From contig OZ316891.1 of the NCBI GenBank assembly GCA_973895155.1, forward strand, positions 26,591,972 through 26,655,971: a stretch of 64,000 nt of DNA. The letters are read 5' to 3'. Made by a program: the position numbers and the translations under genes. This DNA comes from Marsupella aquatica. Its lineage: Eukaryota; Plantae; Marchantiophyta. The notes below the pieces were generated by a model. It had not been told where the DNA came from. It ran no database searches and worked only from the letters and a program-made list of their open reading frames with translations. This document shows positions 10,832-22,511 of this stretch, piece after piece (the first letter of the stretch is position 1; each line of letters opens with the position of its first letter).

Positions 10832-13800
10832 ATGGGCATCATAAGTCTCGAAATCTTGGTACCCAAAGTCATTCTGCTCATCCTATGCCTCGATTGCCTC
10901 GCTACTTGTTCAGATCTTTCTAGCAGAGACTTTATTGGCGTTCACGGGAGTGGTCACATCAGGGCATCTCATGAGCGAAGAGGGTTTCGTCGTCAACAGG
11001 GCCACGCAGCCCCAAGGAGAAGCAGACCGTCCTTTCTTGAGGTCAGCCAATCGCAGCAGAACGTTAGTTGTACGGAAGCTGAGTTGCTCTTAGCGTTTCG
11101 GAACGGGGTCGCTCACGATCCCTTCAATTTCCTCTCCGGTTGGAACAGAAACAACACCTCAAACTATTGTAACTGGGCCGGTGTACAGTGCAGCAACAGC
11201 AGCGGCTCGATCGGACAAGTGATTGCTCTCCACATCTCGGGATATGGGCTGATGGGGACTATTTCTCCCTCTCTAGGTGGTCTGCAATTCCTGCAGTCAC
11301 TCGATCTTTCGGCCAATTTCTTTGAAGGAGGCATTCCAATCAGCATCGCCAATTGTTCCAACCTGAGCGTCCTGGACTTGTCACAAAACTTGGTGAGTGG
11401 CATTATCCCCATAGAACTGGCGGCACTGCCGAATCTGCAGGAGCTGAACTTGTCAGGGAATGTGTTGAAAGGTGCTATTGCTCCGTCATTTTCGAATCTA
11501 TCCGCCTTGAGAGTCCTAGACCTGGAATACAATCAGCTCCAAGGCGATATTATGTCGTTGGCCTGGGGTGGATTTGGAAAATTAGAGACCCTCAATCTGG
11601 ACTCCAATATGATTTCCGGTGCTATTCCCGAGTCATTGGGTAATTGCACCAGTTTGATTGATTTATATTTGTCGAACAACAGCTTCTCTGGGCTTGTCAC
11701 GGACATTTTTGGAGGGCTGCAGAAGTTGGAGGGGCTTTACTTGGAGGCTAATTTTCTCAATGGGTCAATCCCACCATCTTTGGGTGCTCTGAAGGCCCTT
11801 CGTTCGCTTGGACTCGGTCAGAATTTACTTGTAGGAGGGATCCCCGACGATCTGGGAAATTTACAGCAGCTCACTGTTATGTACCTCAGTGAAAATTTTC
11901 TCACAGGGTCTATACCTGCTTCCCTGGTCAACTGCTCTTCACTGACTGAATTGCTTTTATGGGAGAACCAGTTGAGTGGACAATTACCCGCTGATATTGG
12001 CTTGTTGTCTCAGCTCCAGGAGCTATACTTGTGGAATAACAGTTTCACAGGTGTCATCCCTTCCAGCCTGTTAAACTGTACCTCTCTGACTGACATAATC
12101 ATCAGCACCAATTTCTTCAGTGGGGAGATTCCCCAGGCCCTGGGTAGTTCGCTAAGCAACCTGCAATTCCTTTATCTCCAGATCAACAGTTTCCAAGGTG
12201 CAATTCCCGCCTCGCTCAGCAATATCTCCCATCTTGAGGAAGCTTTGTTCGATCGCAACCAGCTCACTGGCGAGATTCCTCGTGAGCTTGGGCTTCTTAA
12301 GAACTTGACAAGATTGGATCTCTCGAGCAATTTTCTTGTGGGTCAGATTCCTCCTGATATCAGGAATTTAGCTAACCTGAACTCTCTTTCCCTGGCGAAA
12401 AATCGGCTTGTTGGCCACATTCCCCCGTCTGTCGGTCAACTCGCCAACCTACAAGGACTGGACCTGTCTGATAACTATTTGACAGGGGGCATTCCACGTG
12501 AGCTATCTCATTGTACTCAGCTTTCTGTGCTGGACTTGAGTGGAAATGCTCTCACAGGTAGCATCCCGGACGAGATTGGAAACCTGACGGCCCTGAATCG
12601 ACTGTATCTGAACGATAACCAATTGACAGGCTCAATATCAGCCGTTCTCAGGCACAGCTCGACAAATCTCATCGAAATAAATGTAGCCTACAACAGTTTC
12701 AGCGGTGTCATTGCCGGGTTCGACTTTGGGCCTCTGCGAAATCTTCAGCTGAGCTTGGACATGTCTCACAATTTGTTTTCCGGGGCCCTACCGTCAGGGA
12801 TTGGAGCACTCGAGGTGGTTCAGAACATCAACTTGTCTTTCAATGCCTTTTCAGGTAATTCCTAGTTTTTAATGCGCATCTTGTCCTTTTGATTTGGGAC
12901 AATAGAGCCCGCATTCGCCCGAATTGTTGTATGAGAACCTGAATGACGAGGATAGGAAAGTCCAGGTGTGGTTTCTGTAATGTCGCAGTCGGATGTCAAT
13001 TTAGCACACATTTCTCGATGTTAAGTATCAATTTCCAATTTCATGGGTAGCGTCCAATAATGATGAATGTCGGAATTCTTTAGTAAACAATATGCGGCAG
13101 ACGTGAATGGCACGGGAGAGGAAAGAAGCAATTTGCAGTTTCATTGAGAGGGTTGAGTGGAAAAACAGGTGACTATTTGAATTCTTTACTAACTATATGC
13201 TGCAGAGACCTGAATAGAAGTAATGGACCAAAATCTTCTCACCTTCGAGCTCGAGTAGAAATTTGGTAAACAATAAGCGGCACACACCTGAATGGAAGTG
13301 GAAGGGAGCACGATATGCTCTCCTTAGAACTCGAGTGGAAATTTGAGCAAGTACTGCGTATGACATTGTTTTAATTTCTGGAAGGCCGTGTTCTGAAATG
13401 GTCGCCAGGTACTGTAGCTTGGAGTGAATCTGGAGGACTTGAAATGACTGGAATAGAAATCAAGCTCAGCATATAGTACGCTTCCAATTGTTAGTCTTGC
13501 ATAGGATTTTAGAGTAAAGCGTCCCTCGCCAAAATGCGAGTGATCGAGTCACGTCCCGGCAGCCATAGCCTCCAATGTTTTCCGGGGAGGAAATTCAGCT
13601 CATGAGCTAAACCTTACAACGGCTCGCAGAAAGGAAGGAATCTCATCATGACTGTATATCCTATCCTAATTTGTTTACCAACAATTCTAGATGCTCCCCC
13701 TGTTTGTGTGCTGTTGTAAGGTAACTTAGAAATACCATGAAACAGAGTGTGTTTCAATTACCCACCCCGTTAACCACTAGTTCCGATCCCACAGCAAAAT

Positions 13801-16533
13801 TGCTAACACACACATGGCGATGATGATGATCGTGCTGCAGGTCCGATCCCGGGGGCTTTCAGCCAATGCACCGGTCTGCAAGTTTTGGATCTCTCATCCA
13901 ACAACCTGGACGGCCAAATCCCTGAATCACTCACCACTCTGCAGCACTTGGCCTCCTTCAACGTCTCATTCAACCACCTGACCGGCTCCGTTCCAAGCTC
14001 GGGCCCGTTTGCTTATTTCAACAACGGATCGTTCCTTGGAAACCCCAATCTCTGCGGCTCAGTGCTCCCCAACAAGTGCAAGTCGTCCTGCAGCGGCATC
14101 GGTTGTCATCGGCTCTGGATTGTGATCATTCCTGCCGTGGCTGCCGGAATCGCCGCTGGTGTGGCTCTGGCTGCAATCTGGGTCCTGCTCGTTGCGAGAA
14201 GGGGCGATTCCAGTGGCACAATTGCGCCAGCCATGCCCAATGCGAGTCATTTCACGAGGGAACTCGAGGGATTGAGCTTGGGCGACATCGTGGCCGCCAC
14301 GAATGGATTCAGCGACGGGAACATCATTGGAGTGGGCTCCAAGAGCACAGTCTTCGCAGGGGTGCTGCCTTCTGGTGTCATGATTGCTGTGAAGCGTTTG
14401 GAGCTGAGAAATGACGATCGAGCCATTACCCATCTCTACATTGAACTCCAGGTAATCATTCATTTTCTTGACGATTTCATACCTCTTCTATTCCAGAACA
14501 TCAATCGTCAAGAAATTGATGACTCTCCTAACTATGCTTTCATAGCTCTCTATTCCAAAACACTACTCATCAAGAAAATGTTGACTCTCCTAAACGCTGC
14601 TTTCATAAGACTAATCCTCAAGAAGGTAATGACTCTCCTCAACGATGAGCTCATAATTCTCTATTCCAGAACACTAATCCTCAAGACAATGATGACTCTC
14701 CTAACGATGATTTCATAACTTTCTATTCCAGACCATTAGTCATCAAGAAAATGATGACTCTCTTAAACTCAGAATCACAAGTAATAGACTTGTCCTTAAA
14801 GTCTTACAAGCTTGTTTCTTAAACTCTTTGAAAAACGTTTTTACATCGATTTGCTTACCAATAACTTTTCATGCAAATCTTTTCTGTTGTTCCGCGTTTT
14901 TTTCACTTAGGCTAGTTTTGTCAAAAGAGAGCCACCGGTCAAAACAGTCACGACCTTTTCGTGTTAGAAAATCAATGGTATTCTTAAAGTTAAAACTTGA
15001 AGTCAAGTTGACTCGATGCCAGCTGTAGCAGAGCAAATATCTTGGGTTGTTGGAAGCTGTAACAGAGCAAAAACTCTTGGGTTGCTTAGAAAATCAAAAA
15101 AGTTTGTTGAGGTTGGCTGGAAGCCAGCTGTAACATAGCAAAACTCTTTGGTTGCTAGAAAACCAATAAGTTTGTGGAAGTGAACTTGAAGCCAGCTGTA
15201 AACTAGCAAAAACTCTTGGGTTGCTAGAAAATCAATAAGTTGATGGCTTATAACTTGAAAGTAGGAGAGTTCCTGGGTTGCAAGAAAATCAACAAGTTTG
15301 GCGTTAACTGGAAACAAGCTAAATAGCAAAACGCTTGGGTTGCAAGAAACCAATATGTTTATTGAAATTGAGCCAGTTCCACATCAGAAAATTAAATGGG
15401 ACCAGCAAGCAATTATGCATCCCCTCTCAACAACTAGACACTAAAACATTTTCTTGTGATTATGCAGAGGCTATCCAAAGTGGAGCATCCCAATCTGCTG
15501 AAAGTCCATGGAATGTTTTCCACAGGAGATCTGAAGTTTTTAGTCCTGGAGCACATGCCTAATGGCACCCTACACAAGCAGATGTATCAGGGTGGAAATT
15601 GCAGTCTCACTTGGGCTCAACGGCTGGACATAGCGCTTGGTGTTGCAGAGGGTATGGTATATTTGCATAATGCTCGCTCCAAGCCCATTATCCATTTGGA
15701 TCTGAAGCCCAGTAACATCCTCTTGGATTCAAACATGGAGCCCAAAGTGTCGGATTATGGGATCTCCAGATATCTCAACCACGAGAGCCATGTTGACACA
15801 ACCATCTCCAGCAATTTATATGGCACCATTGGATACATTCCTCCAGGTACTTGTGCAGCTCAACATTGCTGATAGCTATAAATAAACTTGGAGCCCAGTA
15901 GAAATCATGGTCTAAGTTGGCATTCTGAACCCACAAGGCAGACTTCTACTATAGATTGTTTAGGATTTTGTTGTTTAGTTTGTGCAGTCTTGTCTTTAAT
16001 AACATGGGATGAAAATGATGGTTTACAAGATTCCAAAGGTCATTCAGAATATAGTTGGTATGGTCATTTGGGTGGTCACTAGCTAACTGGTCCTCCATTT
16101 GATTTGATAAAATCAAAGCACATGTAAAGGTTTCGAATGTCTTCTACATTGGTCTGATTGTGATTTGGTTGAATGTGCAGAGTATGGAGCCTTGACAAGG
16201 GTATCTACAACTGGAGATGTTTACAACTTTGGGGTGGTGCTCATGGAGCTGGTCACCCGGAAGCAGCCTACAGATGATATCTTTGGGCAGGATGTCTCTC
16301 TTCGCTCATGGGTAGTAGATGCTTTTCCCAGCAGGACCTCTCAAATCCTTGACAGTGCACTCCGCGAGGATCTGGCTCAAAATGAGAAGGATGTGGGTGT
16401 TCATCTCATACTTCGTCTGGCCATAGCTTGCACCCGAAATACACCCAAGGATAGGCCCACAATGATTCAAGCTAGAGACATGCTGATGGAAATCAAGTCA
16501 ATTGATCAGCCTCACAAGAGTGGGCTGCATTAA
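10832..16533 (+). CDS. LRR receptor-like Ser/Thr kinase, non-RD, LRR-XII (FLS2/EFR/XA21)-like, ~1121 aa. Exons 10832..12854, 13841..14451, 15468..15846, 16181..16533
   Basis: Signal peptide, LRRNT (CNWAGVQC), more than 20 LRRs, GNPNLCG cap and TM helix. Kinase motifs: IIGVGSKSTVF, IAVKRL, VEHPNLL, IIHLDLKPSNILLD, SDYG, GTIGYIPP|EYG, GDVYNFGVVLMEL, RPTM. All three introns are GT-AG and the joined CDS (3366 nt) is in frame. Confidence 0.93.
14485..14765. repeat. Intronic minisatellite (~60-bp unit, ~4-5 degenerate copies) in RLK intron 2
   Basis: Recurrent GACTCTCCTAAC...TTCATA...CTATTCCAGAACACTAATCCTCAAGAA...ATG. This explains the repetitive tail of ORF 13885..14718. Confidence 0.8.
15017..15376. 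repeat. Second intronic minisatellite (~55-70-bp unit, ~6 copies) in RLK intron 2
   Basis: Recurrent GCCAGCTGTAA...GCAAAAACTCTTGGGTTGCTAGAAAATCAATAAGTTTG. Confidence 0.8.
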
Positions 16534-17071
16534 TCCACAACTTGCTCTCAAGTCAGACATTAACATGTTCCCTAGTAAATCATTACAAAGCTTAGATGAA
16601 TCATATTAGGGTCGTCTGTGGTAGTTACTTTCCTAATATAATTTTTTGAGTCATATTAGAGTTGAGGGGTCTTCTGCAAATTCTGGTGGTATGTGCAAAT
16701 AGTGTAATGGTTTGGTTATTGCAAGGGCAAATTGAATAGTACTTGGTAATATTCAGAGGCTTCATTCCAGTTTTGATTTCTTTTATTCAAGGAAATCTTT
16801 AAATGAGTGTTCAAATTCCAAGGCTGAGCAGCCAGTTCACATAGCTTGGCTTTAAAATATCATTTTTTTCTGGAAAATCATTATCTGTGACAATGTAGAA
16901 CTGTGAGCTTTCAATGAAACCCATTGGATTTCAACAGAAGTGTAGAAACCACTAAAACCCACTTTTTCTTGGACGAATATGGTTGACGTTAACATTCATT
17001 CGGCAAGTGAGCAGGAAAGCTTACTCCCAACCTTACATTTCCCTTGAGGCAAGTGTGGTTTCAGACAGGGC

Positions 17072-18470
17072 GTTTGAAATGAACTGTCCACACTTAAACT
17101 AGAGATGGCGCAGGCATGTTGGGCACGTAGCTCTCGATGGTAGAGCATTACTTTGAGTATCCTAGATTTAATTCCTAGATCACTTAAACTAGAGATGGTG
17201 CAGGCATGTTTGAAATGAACCACACTTAAATTAATCCGTGGACTCCCATGTTATTTTTAAAGGCAATTATCTAGAAACTGAAGCCTAGATGGACCTCCAA
17301 ATCTGAAGAAAAATAATTCAAAAATGAACAAGTCAATGTTTTACACTTGAAATAGTTGTCAGACTTACCAAGGAAACCATAATTAACATCAATCACAAAA
17401 TTTTGTGATTGATGTTAACTACTGTTTAATGTGTGGGTAGCTTAATTGCCCACTTCAGCAAAACAATGCTTGACGGTTTCCTCCAAGTTATCAAAGGGAT
17501 GCTGGATGCACTCAAGTTGTATCGAAAGTAATCACTTTTCAATTCTTACACGCAAATAGACAAAGAGAGAGAAGTTTATCGGTGTCATCAAATCACTAAC
17601 CTTGCAAAATTGTTTAAGACAAAAAGTTTCATGGAAACAAATCTTCAATTGTGAGATTCTAAATGGATTGAAAGCTAGAGAAATTTAGAAACTCATGACC
17701 ACTTTAGTATTTGATAAAATCTCCCAATGTCACACTCATTGGAAAGGTAGAGAACACTGGAAACTTATAATCTCCTCAAAACTCAACTAAATCTATCAAT
17801 GTTAATTTCATTAAAAAGCTACATAAATTCTAAAATTCATGATCTCCTTAGTACTTGATAAAATCTGTCAATTTTAGGTTGATTCTCATGGAAGGGGTCA
17901 ACATTTCAGGGGTTGTACAACAAAAATTTATATTCGCATTAGAGATTACGAAATCACGGGTAAAATCTAATTTTCAAATTACTTACTCAATTTTTATTGA
18001 ATGGTGACAATGCTAAGCTCATCAAGACCGTCTCTTCAAGACCTTTCCAATGCCATATTATATGTGAGTTTCATTATGGTTTGATTCAACAATGTCAAAT
18101 TGAAGATTGCTATGGGAAAATTTTATGTTTTGAATATAATCAAAATGTAAATACAACTGTTATTGGGAGTAGTTTTACCTCAATCTTTTTGTCTTTTGAT
18201 TTGCATGTCAGTTATTTTTACATTCTTTTTTATGGCATGGTGTCCCAGTTTTTACAGCAAAGTTGCCACAAACACGACTATAGAAGTTAATTTTATCCAA
18301 AAAACAAGTCCCTTCCTGTTTGCAACATGTCATTATGATGTGGTGCGCTATGGAGCTAGGAATTTTGGAAAGGACCTCTAATGGGGGTCCATAACTAGAG
18401 ATGGTGCAGGCATGTTGGGCGTGATAGAGCATTACTTTGAGTATTCTAGATTTAATTCCTAGCTGGTCCA
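17072..18470. repeat. Mosaic of short dispersed direct repeats downstream of the RLK
   Basis: ACTAGAGATGGTGCAGGCATGTT (one mismatch in the first copy) at ~17098, ~17188 and ~18393. TAGAGCATTACTTTGAGTAT.CTAGATTTAATTCCTAG at ~17141 and ~18425. Confidence 0.7.
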
Positions 18471-19039
18471 TGTTATTGAAAATTCTAACATCATCTATAG
18501 CAAAAACAAGTCACCCCTCTCATTTGCAGAGAAAGAATTACAAGTATTATAAGTTGAAACAGGAGGAGAGAATTATTAGTTTCACTTTCACTTTCTGGCA
18601 TAAATCATTAAACACTGGAGACCCCAAATTTTATGGAAAGCTTTATTTTCCAAAATAATAAATAAATAAATGTTTTACACGTGTCTGTTAGCCTGCGTTT
18701 CCGCGCTTCCCACACTACTGGCTTTTCCGTACACATGAGTGGGGTTCACTTCTTTAAAAAATAAAAATTGTCCAACACGTGTCGATCTAGGCTTTCCGCA
18801 TTACGTCATCAAAGTTGTCTTTTTCCTCAAAGCGCTTCGATATCCGCACCCCCTGCACTACCTTTTCTTTCCTCGAGGATGGAGCATTTTTCGTGCAATG
18901 CCCATCGCTTCGTGTGGCATTCACGCCGTGAATTGTGGATTGTTTACCGTCTCTGCCAAATTGCGCGAGGCCCCACGTTCGAATGCCTGCCTGAGGCTCT
19001 CTCTAGGTCAACCTCCGTTTTCACAAGCTCCAATGTCCA

Positions 19040-19635
19040 GACTACCACAATCGCTGACAATTGCGAGTTTCAATGTTGTAATCATCGCCCCTGCGAGTGA
19101 TGAATCGTTGAATTTTCCATTCCAATTGCTGCCAATTGTGAGTTTCAATGCTGCAACCACTGCCCCTCGGTGTGTAGTGAATCGTTGAATTTCCACTACA
19201 ATCACAGCCAAATGTGAGTTTCAGTGCTGCCTGTAATCATTGCTCTTGGAAGTGTAGTGAATCGCTGTATTCGCACTAGAATCGCTGCCCACTGTGAGTT
19301 CAATGTTGTAATCATTGCCCTTCGTAGTGTAGAGAATGGTTGGATTTCCACTACAATCACCGCCAATTGTGAGTTTCCATGTAGTAATCATTGCCCGAGG
19401 AGTGTAGAGGATCTGAATTTTCCACTACAATCGTTGCCAAATGTGAGGTTCAATGTTGTAATCATTACCCGAGGGAGACGATCGTTGACTTTCCACTATA
19501 TTCGTTACCAATTGTTAGTTTAATATTGTTGTCATTGCCGTTGGGAGTATAGAGAATGGTTGGATTTCCACTACAATCGCAGCTAGTTGCGAGTTTCGAT
19601 GTTGTAGTCATTGCCCTTGGGAGTGGAGCGAATCA
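19040..19635. repeat. Tandem array of ~70-77-bp units (~8 copies)
   Basis: Consensus TTCCACTACAATCGCTGCCAATTGTGAGTTTCAATGTTGTAATCATTGCCCT..GAGTGTAG.GAATCGTTGAAT repeated head to tail. Confidence 0.9.
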
Positions 19636-20185
19636 TTGAATTTCCATTGCAGAATCACTGAACGTAACCAGCTCAATTTTGGAAAATCAGTTGGCAGGTA
19701 GACTTTCATCGATTTGAGCGTTTCGAAACAGTGAATCCACTGTTGAACCTGGCGGTATCCTCTCGACGTCGTCGTCAGGAACTAATCCAAGTGAAGATTA
19801 TAGAGCGATCGTTCGGTCAAAGATGTGTCCATTCTTGATGGTTGGACTCTAATCATCAAGTACTCTGTGAACGAAGGAGTTCATGCAAGTTTGGGATTAC
19901 ATTCTGTTGCTTACATACTTCCAATAGCTTTCGTCAACATTCTCCGCGTCGTATCTGGGCTATGTAGCCGGAGAACCGCCCGACCATGCCCCATCGCCCT
20001 GTGCTCGTCGCCCATCCCGGCAGGCTGCCAAAGAGCAGAAAGAGTGGCAAAGGCGTGGTCTGGTGAGTTATAGAGATCGGTTCACTTCGTAGTTCCGATA
20101 AGCCTAATTGAACAGATCGGTTCACCTCGTAGATCCGATAAGCCTAATTCAACAGGTACAAATCTGGAAGTGCTTGGTCGATCTG

Positions 20186-21201
20186 ATGACAAGCAGTTGG
20201 AGCCGATGGGGATTGAAGAGGCCGGGTTCCCGTGACGCCAGCGCTAGCACCTCTGCATCCTTCAGGGCATCTTCTTCGCTGTTAAAGGAAGATGTCGAGG
20301 CCCAAGATGGCGACCACGCCCGTGTTGTAGACCGTAATTTGTCTAATCAGGGCCAGCGGCGTGAAATTGTGCGAGGAATTATCTCGGTGACCGTAGAGCG
20401 AGCAGAGAATTTGGTATCCCAAGACGTCCTTGCAATGAGTGACCCTTACGTGGTGCTGAAGACGAGAAAGAATCGAAACAAGAAGCAGTCAAAGGTGTGT
20501 GCACTTATCGATCCTGGTCACTGAATTTCTATGTGTCCCTTAACTACTTTTCGTTTCAGTCTCATCTTGACTTCATAAGGTTTCAGAAAGTTACATACTG
20601 CTGATCAGAGTCTCAATTAACTCTAAGGTATCATTCTCGGCTTGTTCAGTTTCAAGCAGGGTTCGGTAAATGAATTGACGCAGTTGGGCCTTCGTTTTTG
20701 CTTGCAGGTCGTATACAAATGTCTAAATCCCGAATGGAACCAAACATTCGATTTCCTTGTGGAAGACGGTATTAACGAAATGCTCGACATCAAAGTTTGG
20801 GATCACGACACTTTTGGAAGGGTATATGCTCGTTACCCTACGTACCCTGTCTGAGGGAGGATTTGGTTTATTAGGCCGTGAAATGTAGCACTGTGTCCTG
20901 TGTGGTTCAGATGCGAGTCTTATTGATGTGAAGATTTTGACACCTTCGAAAAACTCCTTTTAGGTCCTGTAATGTTCAGGGCTTCTGGAACTTGACCTCA
21001 GGAATCCCCGTCACGCTTTTGCAGGACTTTTTAGGGTCATGCACCACCTCCCTAACGACGGCGATTCGCAACGGTGAGGAGAAAGCCGAGTTTACACTGA
21101 ATGGCGTTGCTTCAGGTGTAATTTTTATTACTCTCAAGTGGAACCCCGTGCCCTTCGAGAAAGTGAACCACAGAAGATTCAATATCCATCAAATCTCGTG
21201 A
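20186..21201 (+). CDS. Single C2-domain protein similar to the C-terminal C2B domain of plant synaptotagmins SYT4/SYT5, ~199 aa. Exons 20186..20494, 20708..20821, 21025..21201
   Basis: Spliced product RREIVRGIISVTVERAENL..D...SDPYVVLK..|VVYKCLNPEWNQTFDFLVEDG..EMLDIKVWDHDTFGR|DFLGSC...ITLKW. Introns are GT-AG, the 600-nt CDS is in frame and the five C2 Ca2+-loop Asp residues are present. The start codon is inferred. Confidence 0.8.
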
Positions 21202-22511
21202 ATTGGGCTTCGTTGAATTTGCCAGTTTCTTATTTGATCTGCCCATCCTGCTCCCGGCACTGCAGAGTTCGAAACGATCTTGTCAATCGCCTTCATTCCC
21301 AGGAGGATGTACAAATATCACTGGGTCCATTCTTAGGCGCCTCCAGTTGTGTACCTTCAAAGCCTATCGTGGGTACATGGAATGCCTGAAGGACTCTTGG
21401 CAGTTTTGGGTCTTTCCTTGAAACTAGGCATGCAATTGGAGAAGTAGAGGTCTCGTTGTAAGTCAATTTGGATCTCGAACAGACTGAGGCAAAGAGGGCC
21501 ATCTACCAGTTCAACTTGCCAAATGAGCTTAAGAGTAGACACATCTCGAATCTGTTTGATTGGGAAACTAGGCAGACAAAGAAATTGTAACTTGCACTGC
21601 TTCTACAGGCGAGACAAAAAGAGGGCAAACCTCCAGTGAACGTCGGAAGGCCACGACCCTGCTCTGTTCTCTTGTCCAAAAAACATATGCCAAAGATTTC
21701 AAGTGGAGTCCAGAGACTTTGTACATTACATGCTACGTTCACTTTGTTGTAAAATCATCTGATCTCTCACTACACTCAAGTTGACATCGAACTGTCCATC
21801 CACCTCAAGCAAAGGAACTTTAAGTGTCTCCCTTGCATACAGATTCCGATTGGCCAGTGATAGAAGATCCTAAAGTGAGGGACGAACTTCCCCGATCTGC
21901 TCATTTGTTGTTTGCAAGTTTTAAAACAATCTCTACTTCAATGCACATTCCCAGCCCATGTCATCCAACCATTCTACATCCCAAAACGTGGGAATTCAAA
22001 GGGCAGACCAAATCTCCCATGACCGACCCTGCTTAGGCTAGAGTATCAAAGTCCTGGTCACGTAAGTTTTTCCTTTTTCTTTAAACACCACTGGAAATTA
22101 GGAGTGTGTTGACCGACACAACAGATGATGTCATGGCTCCTCACCGTGACTGTTGTCGGAGCGCTCTGTGCATCAGGAGTTTCCATTTTCATCTGCCTAA
22201 ATGCTTCACATGATCCTGCTGTACACTGAACCTAAATTTTTGCACAAAATATTGCACGCATGCCCTGTTGAGTCGAATTGGCCCTCCATTTCAGCTTGAA
22301 GGTGCTCCTCAGAAAGTGCATGGAGCTCTGCATCACTGATGACCATCTGACACTTTAAGGGTACCTCAGGTGGGCGGAGGTCCATCAGTCTATCAAGAGG
22401 AAATGTTTTGTCAGGAGGTTCAATCACTAAGTATATATAACTAATAAAGCACCTGAAGCTCCTCTCCTCTCCTCTGATTACGTTAAAGAAACGGGTATTA
22501 ATCAAGAGTTC

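Noticed and set aside
19040-19635. CRISPR-like periodicity (also at 27165-27487)
   Set aside because: Whole units repeat with no unique spacers, no cas genes are present and the context is eukaryotic.
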